Part shown: in pieces, positions 53,289-64,000 of the stretch
Layout: the number at the start of each line of letters is the position of its first letter
Position numbering within the stretch: the stretch's first letter is position 1
Source: Octopus sinensis
Lineage: Eukaryota
Length of the DNA: 64,000 nucleotides
Direction of reading: 5' to 3'
NCBI RefSeq assembly: GCF_006345805.1
Contig: NC_042998.1
Span: forward strand, 115,816,001-115,880,000
Notes under the pieces: model-generated
The model's input: the letters and a program-made list of their open reading frames with translations, nothing else
Databases searched by the model: none
What the model was told of the DNA's origin: nothing
Made by a program: the position numbers and the translations under genes

Positions 53289-53646
53289 ACAATATTTCAC
53301 CAAAAAGGAGAATAATAATTATCACTAAATGTGACTAGGGTGTTATGAAATACCTACATTGCTAAAAATAAGAGCTAAACCGATCTAATGCTATAGTTCA
53401 TGGACATGAATGAAAACATATCCACTAACAGGGACCATAGTCGTCCGAAATATGCCGATCGAGATTTCTTAATACTGACGTCAGTATTAAGAATCCTCGA
53501 TCGGCGTTTTTTAGTGCATGTTTTCATTCATGTGCGTTAACTACAATATTAAAGCGGTCTATCTCTCATTTATAGCAATAGAGGTGTTTTTTAACACTCC
53601 AGTCACATTTACTGACAATTATAATTCTCCTTTTTGGTGAACATTG
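53289..53646. mobile_element. Imperfect foldback palindrome / MITE-like element
   Basis: Arms of ~170-190 bp (TTCACCAAAAAGGAGAAT ... ATTCTCCTTTTTGGTGAA) meet with no spacer at CTTAATACTGAC|GTCAGTATTAAG; centre TGACGTCA at 53476-53483. Confidence 0.8.
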
Positions 53647-53717
53647 AAGTCATGGCGGAAGCAGTTTTTAAGCAGACTAATGTGGATGTTTTTATTGTCT
53701 TACTTCTTATTTTCCAG

Positions 53718-55554
53718 ATGGCCGGTCGCTTGACTGTTTAGGAGGAGCTAAGATTGCAGCACGCTATGAAATGTGTGATTCCATTGTTTTCGTTCAGAGA
53801 TGGTGGAGTGCATAGAAAGGTAAGCATACTGCGCTACGTCCGGAGACAATGAAAAGTTGTCATGCAAAACTGATGACGACGGGCTCTGTGAACGATGCAA
53901 GAAGAAGTGGCCGTCCAACCATATCCCGATCAGCAGAAAACGAGGCAAACGTGCAGGAAATGTTTAATCGCAGCCCTCAAAACTCAACACATCATGCAAC
54001 TCGTGAAAGTGGACTAAAGGTACACAATACCTACGGTGTTGCATAAAGAATTGAATTTTTGTCCGTGTAAACCCCATTACGTGCAGAAGCTAAAACCTGA
54101 TAGGATGACACGGACCTTATGAATGGCTTCCAAGAAGTTCAGATCTCACGTCACGTGATTTTTACTTGTGGGGTTACACAGAAGAGGAGGTGTACAAGAC
54201 AAAACCTCACATACTGGAGGACTTGGATACACGGATTCAGGAAGTTCTTAATGATATCTCAGACGAAGACGGCGAGCTGGCAGAAACGTTAACACTACGG
54301 GCGAAATGCTTAGCGGTATTTCGTCTGCCGTTACGTTCTGAGTTAAAATTCCGCCGAGATCGACTTTGCCTTTCATCCTTTCGGAGTCGATAAATTAAGT
54401 ACCAGTTACGCACTTGGGTCGATATAATCGACTTAATCCGTGCGTCTGTCCTTGTTTGTCCCCTCCTTGTGGGTAGTAAAGAAATAGGTATTTCGTCTGC
54501 AGTTACGTTTTGATTTCAAATTCTGCCGAGGTCGACTTTGCCTTTCATCCTTTCGGGGTCGATTAAATAAGTACCAGTTACGCACTGGGGTCAATGTAAT
54601 CGACTTAATCCCTTTGTCTGTCCTTGTTTGTCTTCTCTGTGTTTAGCCCCTTGTGGGTAGTAAAGAAATAAGAAACGTTTGCACGCCGGGCGAAATGCTT
54701 AGAGGTATTTCGTCTGCCGTAACGTTCTGAGTTCAAATTCCGCCGAGATCGACTTTGCCTTTCATCATTTCGGGGTCGAGAAATTAAGTATCAGTTACGT
54801 ACTGTGGTTGATGTAATCGACTTAATCCCTTTGCCTGTCCTTGTTTGTCCCCTCTATGTTTAGCCCCTTTGTGGGCAATAAAGAAATAAATATTTCGTTT
54901 GTCTATACGTTCAGAGTTCAAATTCCATCGAGGTCGACTTTGCCTTTCATCCTTTCGGGGTCGATTAAATAAGTACCAGTTACGCACTGGGGTCAATGTA
55001 ATCGACTTAATCCCTTTGTCTGTCCTTGTTTGTCTTCTCTGTGTTTAGCCCCTTGTGGGTAGTAAAGAAATAAGAAACGTTTGCACGCCGGGCGAAATGC
55101 TTAGAGGTATTTCGTCTGCCGTAACGTTCTGAGTTCAAATTCCGCCGAGATCGACTTTGCCTTTCATCATTTCGGGGTCGAGAAATTAAGTATCAGTTAC
55201 GTACTGTGGTTGATGTAATCGACTTAATCCCTTTGCCTGTCCTTGTTTGTCCCCTCTATGTTTAGCCCCTTTGTGGGCAATAAAGAAATAAATATTTCGT
55301 TTGTCTATACGTTCAGAGTTCAAATTCCATCGAGGTCGACTTTGCCTTTCTCTCTTTCGAGGTCGATAAATTGATTACCAGTTGCGTACTGGGGTTGAGC
55401 TAACCGACTGGCACCCTCCTCAAAAATTTCGACCCGAGTGCCTAGAGTAGAAAAGAATGATAACTGAGACGATGTCCTTCAGAAGGTTGTTCATTCCATC
55501 CCTGGTTGTTTGAGGAAACTGCTTGACGCCACTGGTGCTTACGTTGAAATATGA
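53718..55554 (+). mobile_element. Decayed, internally deleted rosa/maT-like (DD41D/DD37D group) transposase interrupted by a SINE array
   Basis: MAGRLTV...KLMTTGSVNDARRSGRPT...SPQNST...KPHYVQKLKPD, then a deletion, then EWLPRSSDLTSRDFYLWGYTEEEVYKTKPHILEDLDTRIQEVLNDIS. After the SINE array it resumes DDVLQKVVHSIPGCLRKLLDATGAYVEI* (stop 55554). Confidence 0.85.
54267..55455 (+). mobile_element. Six-unit tandem array of SINE family B with one shared TSD
   Basis: Units start near 54267, 54487, 54671, 54889, 55073 and 55291. TSD-like AATGATATCTCAGACGA (54250-54266) and AATGATAACTGAGACGA (55456-55472) match 15/17. An internal 402-bp exact duplication is present. Confidence 0.9.
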
Positions 55555-55904
55555 AAATTAGCTTTAATTTTTCCATGTAATAAAGAACATGTATCATTTG
55601 TTTCAATAAATTTGTAAAAGGAATATGGATTTTATTAGCAATTGTTAATCCTCACTTTTCACCAACCCTCCCAAAAAATTAGGGAATGGAGTATACACAA
55701 TCCAGGATTGTTATGTTTCATAGCGGAACCTCGGAAGTAGTAATTATCCAGACGAGGGGTAGACTGCAAGGTACTCTTCAGGACACGTTCATTACATGAA
55801 TTTTTTCATTGTCGTTAGGAGATAAGGTGTTAGCATGGAGGGGATTCGATCAAAATGAGTAGAAAGCACATTTCTATTGGAAACGATATTTGTGAAGAAG
55901 TATA

Positions 55905-55968
<64 letters not shown>

Positions 55969-57244
55969 AAATATATATATATGTATGTGTGTGTGAATGT
56001 ATATATGCGTATGCATGCATGTGTACATATACATACATTCACATACACACAATATATAGTATGTTATATATATATATATAAATAGGTATGTTAGGTCGGA
56101 AGTGGATTAGAAAAATAATTTAAGTACTTATGATGGCATTATGAATAAAGCTAAGATTATATGTACGAGATAATAGGATTGAAAGTTTGGTCAAGTGTGA
56201 TGCTTACAATAGCATAAAAGACCATCAATATAGCTATGCATCTCACTCTAAGTGCAAGTAATTATAAACATTGTTCAGAATAAACTTGTAGCGTTCATCA
56301 AGTACTTTCTCAATGATGAAAATATAAAAAAATTAATAATGTCACCACAGTTTACATGAAGAATATTATTATTATTTTTTTACTTGGTTTAACATTATTA
56401 CAAATAAAAGTACACGAATGTTTATTCAGTCTGATATTGTTGGAATTACAGAAGGATATAGCAATATCTCTCTTTGCAGCTGCATAGGAGTTTGGTCGGA
56501 AACATTGTGCTGTCAATAACAATGATACTGAAATTATTATGCATGCTAGAATATTATATGAAGATTCCATTTGGGTGAACTATACTAATGGCTTCTTTTA
56601 ACATAGAATGCACCATTGATTCTCAAAGTGGATATCGGGAAAAAATTTGTATTTCCGCTAGTTAACGGGCTTTCAAATAAAAGTGTATTTATAAGAAAAT
56701 GGCATAGACTATTTCTATATTATATTGTATTGTATCTTAGAAAGATTATTATTAATATTTGTAAATTAATGTATTATTAAAATGACCGAAATAATATTTA
56801 AATTTTGACACAAGGCCAAAAATTTCAGAGAGAGCTGGTAAGTTGATTATATCGACTTCAGTACACAACTGATACTTGTTTTATCGACCCTGAAAAATAA
56901 GAGGCGAAGTCGACCTCAACGGAATTTCAACTCGTTGTGCTAGCGATTCTACCAGATCGCCGCTTTAGTTACCGTAATAATATTGGTATGGCTAACGTGA
57001 GTTTTGAAAAATTATGTAACGGTTCCAAGACAAAATAATTTTGAAAACCATAGGTATATGATGCTAGTTACGAAGTGCGCGAGTTTGTTCTGTACATATT
57101 ATATACGTGGAATCCATATTGTAAAATATAGGCGAAGAAATGTTTAACTTGCAAAGAAAATGAGTAAATAATACTTATTTTCCAATTTCGGTATTAGAAT
57201 TGTAGGTTACATGAATAATGTGCAAGCAAGAACTTTGCTTTGCA

Positions 57245-57590
57245 AATACATAGTTTCGGATTCAGTCCCATTGCGTGACTTCTACTATAGCCGCGTGCCG
57301 ACTAAATCCTTTTGAGTGGATTTGGTTGATGGAAAATATTGAAAGCCATCGTGTATGTATGTATGTATGTATGTATGTATGTATGTATGTATTTATGTGT
57401 GTATGTATGTATATATGTATATGTCTTTGCGTTTGTGTTTTTCCTACATCCCAATTCTTTAACAACGAACCAGTGGTGTTATGTTCGAGTCCCCATAACA
57501 CATCGGCTCGGTGGGTCGATTTTTTAAATGATACACGTCACAACCGTGTCCCAGCATGACTGCTGTCCAATGATTGAATTAACAGAAAAA
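57245..57590 (+). mobile_element. Decayed SINE family A copy with internal (TATG)n
   Basis: GGATTCAGTCCCATTGCGTG...CTTCTACTATAGCC...GGATTTGGTTGATGGAAA, microsatellite and degenerate tail. Confidence 0.75.
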
Positions 57591-58704
57591 AAGACATGTA
57601 TACAACTATAAATCCCTACAACCCCTACCCCTACATAAATTATTCGATGTCAGTATTTGTCAGTGTTTTTCATACAGTCTTACAGATATTAAACGATTGT
57701 TTATCAATTACAATTTTTTCAAACCTCACTTTAACACATTGGTAGTTGTTTGTTCCAAATGGATCATTAAGTAGTTATTTTGAGTTCGTATCAAACCTTA
57801 TCAACAACCACGCATGAATGAACATGGTCAGGTGAAAGCCAGCCATGAAAAGACCGTACTACTGAATATATCTTATCTAGAGATATATACAGAATTCTAT
57901 TTTAGCACATCCATGCTTTACCCCCGTAACGTGACATTTACCTACTTTTGATGGTGAGCTTCTAGTTCTGAAGTTGTGGGGAGCGTAGAGTTTCCGTTTA
58001 TTTACCAGTACTCTCGAATCTGTTCTGACTTGGAACAGCATTACTTGTCAGGGTCCCATCTATGTGTTAAATAGACTTCCCAGGGTATAAGAAGCTCCTG
58101 TTATTTTTGACAAATCGCTGACGAAGGTAGTTGCAGTTAAAATAGTATCAGTTATCTTGCAATGCTTATCACTGGAACCTATTATAGTGACCGAGTGAGT
58201 GGGAATAGTGTTGTACGAGCTTTTCCCACATAAATCCAACGATGCACCGATGACTTACTATTTATTTCATTTCTTGGCCCGTTATGTAAATCTGAACAAT
58301 CATGTGAAACGGCTATCATCTGAATGTGAAACGGCTGTCATCTGACATGATGATGAAATCATCTTAACCATTTCACATTAATTTCTTTTTTTTTTTTTTC
58401 CTTTTCATACGCTCAGGGACTCTGTCTTCCATTAAGCATATTCTACAGTTCTAAATTACTTGAAATTTTACTACTATATAAACTTTTCTAAAACGACATT
58501 ACTCTACGAATAAGATGAACTCAAGCGATAACTAGTATTTACGATCTGATAAGGCCCGATCACCGACGAAACTTCGAGGGCATTGAAAATCATAACGGTA
58601 TTTCAATATAATGAATGTTCTTTCCCTAAATGCTTGTTTTTATATATGATTATAAATGAGGCACATACACACACGCTCACACTCACACATATACGTGCAT
58701 ATAT

Positions 58705-58776
<72 letters not shown>

Positions 58777-58780
<4 letters not shown>

Positions 58781-58940
58781 AGTGGCTGCGTGGTAAGTAG
58801 CTTGCTTACCAACCACATGGCTCAGGGTTCAGTCCCACTGCGTGGCATCTTGCGCAAGTGTCTTCTACTATAGCCTCGTGCCGACAAAAGCCTTGTGAGT
58901 GGATTTGGTAGATGGAAACTGAAAGAAGCCCGTCGTATAT
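58777..58940 (+). mobile_element. SINE family A head/core
   Basis: GGAGTGGCTGCGTGGTAAGTAGC...GGATTTGGTAGATGGAAACTGAAAGAAGCCCGTCG, followed by a long compound microsatellite. Confidence 0.85.
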
Positions 58941-59097
58941 ATGTATATGTATACACATATATATATATATGTGTGTGTGTGTGTGTACATAGAGAGAGAG
59001 AGAGAGAGAGATAGACAGACAGACAGATAGAGAGATAGATAGGTAGATAGACTTATATATGTATGTATATACCTACATAGAGATACATATATATACG

Positions 59098-59156
<59 letters not shown>

Positions 59157-60753
59157 CATAGAGATTCATACATGTATGTTTGCATGTATGTGCATTTATA
59201 TATATATATAAATCCTTCATCAAAAATCAGTTGCATGAGAATGGCCATTGGCAAAGTGATTAAACTAGCGATGCTACAGTATGGCCACACTCTTTAGGAT
59301 GTAACATATAAAAGAATATATAAGACATATAACGATGAAGTAGCATCCTAGCGGATCCTACACTCACAGTTGATTTACTCCTGTAAGGATACAATAACAC
59401 ATTTTTTTTTGCTTAACATGATACTGAGAGTAATTTACTATTAACCAAACCTCAGAGATATAATATTTACTGTCCATTACGTATTGAGTACTGTTCATTG
59501 TGTTCGTATTACTACTTTCTTTATAACTCTGTTGTATACATAATATAATGCACACACATATGATTTTCATTCTGATTATGAAATCTTGTTCGCTCTAATG
59601 CTACTATTCAGATTGGAAACTGCAGATAATTTTGATTCACTTGTTTTTCTTTTGTATATGTAAATATCTATTGTTAACATTTTAAGTCATTGGCTGTAAA
59701 AATTCTGAGAGATGGATGGAGAGAGAGAGAAAGAAAGAGAGAGTGATCATAAGCTAGCGAGTGGATGATTAGCTCTCTGGCTAGGTAGAGAGAGAGAGAG
59801 AGTGAGAGAGAAAATAGAGAGACAAAGAAAAATAGAGAGAGAGAGAGAATTTTTAGTTAATTGACAGATAAAAAGAACGTCAGATAGACAGGCAGACAGA
59901 GATAGACAGTGAGACAGACATACAGACACACAGATAGATTGACAGATATAATAGAAGTTGGTGGTAGCTATTGGCATAATTGCAGAGGCGAAAAAGCACA
60001 ATGCACATACATGCAAACATACATACATACCTACATACATAAACACGCACACTAGAAAACACATACACATACCCATACATATAGTGTACTTGTGTGATTT
60101 TAGAGGAAGAGGAAAAGAGCCAAATGAGGGAATGAATGAGAAAGTGTGTAAAAGAAAAAATATTGGCATAAAATTTGAATAATTTGTTTTTATTCATTCT
60201 TATTGCGTTATGTAAATTGTAAAATCGAATGAATTTTCCGATTAATTTCCCTTTTAACAAATGTTTTGTGTGTTTTCTACAGATAGTTTCAATACAAAAC
60301 TAATGTAAAGAGAAAGAGGAATGATTTAAAACCATTCCGTAATAAAACTACAGTTTTACCCTATTTTTGAGTATATGTATTTTATAATACCACTAATATC
60401 AACAGCAATTGTTTTATGAATGAAATATGGTAAATATTGTAAACTGCAATAATTATACTAGCCAAGCAGGTCGGGAAGGCGATGTGCGCATATCTGTATT
60501 GGACAGTAAACTTTGCATTTAAAATATTATGTAAGAGTTCTTCAACTTATTTGGAAGACTTAATTGGAAATGTGATTATGTTGACTTTGACTATAGACAT
60601 TTTACTTTTTATTTTCTTCATAATAATTTTGTAATTCATAATACTCGGAGTTGTATAAATGGGTGGGCCATAACGTCATTTGATATGCAACTTATTGATT
60701 TTCAAAGAAGTTTATGAGTAAGATCGAAAACATGTATTAGGATAATAAAATAT

Positions 60754-60880
60754 GTGCGATGCGCCGTTGTTGTCTCGCCACACATTCGTATACGTGTTGG
60801 TGCTCATCAGGTATCTATATGTTTGCTTCTACTTCGTATCATGGACACGATCACTGCTGACATTCAAGGACCGACCCCTT
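60754..60880 (+). mobile_element. RTE-clade reverse transcriptase fragment
   Basis: VRCAVVVSPHIRIRVGAHQVSICLLLLRIMDTITADIQGPTP resembles the RTE motif VGVHQGSALSPLLF...MDTIT.DIQ..P preceding YADD. Confidence 0.7.
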
Positions 60881-61622
60881 AGGTACTGGTAGTATATTTT
60901 CTTCCGTGCGACAGAAAGCCTAGAGCATCCAATATAGCATGGGTGGACGTAAATTTAATGCAGCTGACACATTCAAAGAGTGAATATATGAAATACAGTA
61001 CTTAGATACCAATGCTAATAGTACTGACTACAATATATCACCAATATTAACGGTAGAATATTCACTTCAAGTGGCTGAGCTTCTCATTACATTGTCCCTA
61101 CCGATAGCTGAATACATGTCAAGTGTAATATAAGTTACACCCTATTGTCTTAGAAAAGGATGGCCATAATGTAATGCACATTGTAGTTCGGTACTTATTT
61201 TACTACATAATATTTATGATCAAGGCTGGAACATATTTGATCAGTTCGATCAGCTTTAAATTGGAACCAAATAACAACAACAACAAACTACACCAACAAA
61301 AATAACAGCAACAAGATCGATGAAGGTTGTGCGAAATGAAAAATGAACAATAATATCATCTCATAAATTGCTTATTTTCGATAATAAGGAAACCATTTGG
61401 GCATTTGTATCTTTTGATGGGAATGAGACAAGCAAACACAAAGAGACATACTTATACACACACATACATGACGGGCCTTCACAGAGTTTTCGTCCACTAA
61501 ATTCACTCAGAAGGTATTGATCAACTCGAGGCTATAGTAGAAGACACCCAAAGTTCCATGCTGTGAGACTCAACCCTAAACCGTGTGGCTGCAAGGCGAG
61601 TTTCTTAACCACACTGTGTTAA

Positions 61623-61870
61623 GTGGCTGTGTGGTAACTAGCTTGCTTACCAACCACATGGCTCAGGGTTCAGTCCCACTGCGTGGCATCTTGCGCAAGT
61701 GTCTTCTACTATAGCACACCGGGTGAAATGCTTAGCGGTATTTCTTCTTACATTCTGAGTTCAAATTCCACGAAGGTCGACTTTGCGTTTCATACTTTCG
61801 GAGCCGATAAATTAAGTACCAGTTGTGTACTGTAATCGATCAAATCGATTGGCCCCCTCACCCAAATTCC
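61623..61870 (+). mobile_element. Chimeric SINE: family A head joined to family B body
   Basis: Family A sequence up to CTACTATAGC (61715) continues as family B ACACCGGGTGAAATGCTTAGCGG. A minus-strand family A copy lies immediately upstream (~61440-61615). Confidence 0.75.
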
Positions 61871-63289
61871 ATCCTGTTGATAGAAAATGTAAATTTAAAG
61901 GTACGTGATGACAACTCACAAAAATAGAAGGTGGAGAGCTTAATTTAAATAAATTAATAACTGATGAATTAATTAATAATTAATTCTAAGAAAAGAAAAT
62001 TAATTTGTTTGCCGGGAAGGAGCATCTTTGCATATATTTCGGTCCTTCTGCTACATTTTTGTCATCATATTTTTCCAAATATGTAGGGAATTTCATTTAA
62101 TTAAGAAAGTCTTTAAATGCGGTTTCCAATATCGCACCGTTTAACCATCGACATGATAGTTCTATTTCAGAAAATTATGCATATTATTCTGTTTATGTAT
62201 ATGTCTAAAAATGTGCTAATGTGTGCCAATCTATATCTATTGGTCTATACTAATGTGTGCCAGTCACCCGAAGTATGATAAGAATTGTCTCTAGTGTATA
62301 AACAAAGCCCAGACTGTTCTTTACGTAACAATATAGATGAACTTAAGAAGCCAATTCTTTATTTCTTAAATTTCTATCCCTTTCTCTTTGAGAGTTGGTA
62401 GAAATTACCTTCAGTTCTTTGTTTCCACTCTCTCACTAAGTGAAAAAAAAATTATTTAACCAAAGACTTACATACAACATTCATTACACCACTCTTGGTA
62501 TAATTTTTCTTGATATATTTTATTTTCATTTTTATGATAAATAATTACAATACATCAATAGAAAAGAACAAGGTAGACATATTCCTGTAGTATTGATCTG
62601 CGAGACAGCACTCTTCAGGGATTGAATTCAGATAAATCAAGGAAGCTCTGAAGAAGTAAGAATTTGACATTTGAAGAATGACTGACGCACAATCTGTTGT
62701 TTCACACAAGAGTTTTTTTTTTATATATAGACTTCAAATTATTAGAGCGTCGGAGAATATGGCAGAAAGTCTTGCAATATTTGCTACGACTGAGTTTAAA
62801 TTCCGTGACCACTTTGACTTTCGTATTTTGGAGCCTCATAACATAGAAAACATACCAATTCAAAGGAGTTTATAGACAACTGCAAGAACGCCGGACCAGT
62901 TGACTTTTAGCATTTTCGCCAGCCGTTTGTAGTTTTAGTTCAAACCCCACTAAGGGTTTCATGGGTGGTAGATTTAATCAGATTAACAGCACCACATGGT
63001 ATCTCGGAATATTTTAACGAAGATCACACTTGTAAATAATCGGGCCAACTTTCTAGATTGTGCATAGCATTCTTCATTTCTCTCATCAGTTTTGAAAGAA
63101 CTGTAAAGAATGATTATTACCACCTTCGTTCGTGACCAGCAAAAGAAAAATAAAACTAGTAAAAGAAAAGGAAAAAATATCAGGCGTGGCTGTGTGGTAA
63201 AAAGTTTGCTTCCCGAGCCAACCATTGTAAATGGATTTGGTAGACGGAAACGGAAATAACCCCATTGTACATAAAAGTGAATTATACAG

Positions 63290-63495
63290 AGAAAGAGGTT
63301 ATCTCATGCCTGCACCTATGGCATCCCTCTGGACGGGTTTTCTTCAGGAAACTGACATTTCCAGATACTATATCTCTAGACTCAGGACTGGATATTAGAG
63401 ATCTGAACACAGCAATGTAGGACTGTATAGTGTGGAAAGGGATTGTCAACAGAGTTCCGGCCAACCCTAGGTTGGTCGAGGGATGATGATGATGA
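63290..63495 (+). mobile_element. 3' end of an RTE-like LINE with (TGA)n tail
   Basis: LTFPDTISLDSGLDIRDLNTAM*DCIVWKGIVNRV resembles the C-terminal motif TY.D.I..D.G...DL..AM.DR..W..IV, followed by GATGATGATGATGA. Confidence 0.7.
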
Positions 63496-63588
63496 AAATA
63501 TACATAACAAAAACAGGGAAAGTAACCGTTTTTCCCAGTAAGCTACCAGGTATAGATCATTCGTTTTATTATTTAATATATACATACT

Positions 63589-63715
<127 letters not shown>

Positions 63716-63719
63716 GCGT

Positions 63720-63925
63720 GTATGTCTTTTTCTCTGTGTTTGCTCTCTATCATCGCTTGTCAACCGGTATTGTTTTGTTTACATCCCTGTAAATGAGTTG
63801 TTCGGCAAAAGAGACCGATAGCATCAGTCATTAAAAAATAAGTAATGTGACAGATTTATTCGACTAAATCAATCAACGCAGTGCTCCAGTATTACCGCAG
63901 CCCAATGTCTGAAACAAATAAGAAA
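63720..63925 (+). mobile_element. SINE family A tail, decayed
   Basis: CGCTTGTCAACCGG...GTTCGGCAAAAGAGACCGATAG...GTGCTCCAG...CTGAAACAA. Confidence 0.7.
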
Positions 63926-64000
63926 TAAACATATTAATGTTTATTTTTATATCAATTCCCATATAAAACAGTCTAACTTTAAAATGAACGTTTACTGAAT

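Noticed and set aside
58546-58580. CTGATAA...GAAAC motif
   Set aside because: G8 is absent and stem II does not pair convincingly.
59362-59395. Possible 13-nt minus-strand micro-exon (CCTTACAG|GAGTAAATCAACT|GTGAGT)
   Set aside because: Splice-like words occur by chance in 64 kb, the length is not a multiple of 3, and no partner exons were identified.

Overview
AT-rich, microsatellite-dense animal genomic DNA. The SINE families and repeat landscape look like an octopus (coleoid cephalopod); this is an inference from pattern recognition, not a database result. I found no recognisable host protein-coding gene, rRNA, true tRNA or CRISPR array, so the window reads as intergenic DNA or a very large intron. 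Most ORFs in the track are translations of simple repeats. The real content is mobile DNA. DNA transposons: a Tc1 (DD34E) element with an uninterrupted 348-aa ORF and IR/DR ends (42110-43731), a decayed mariner, a rosa/maT-like element split by a six-unit SINE array, MITE/foldback elements and Helitron-type elements. Retroelements: a young non-autonomous LTR element with near-identical LTRs, TSD, PBS and PPT (4869-7610), remnants of RTE, R4/Dong-like, Penelope and L1/Tx1-like LINEs, and two abundant tRNA-derived SINE families. The most striking non-coding signal is three different minimal hammerhead-ribozyme-like motifs. One follows a Penelope GIY-YIG remnant, one sits in a small non-coding island, and one lies in both arms of a perfect 158-bp palindrome.
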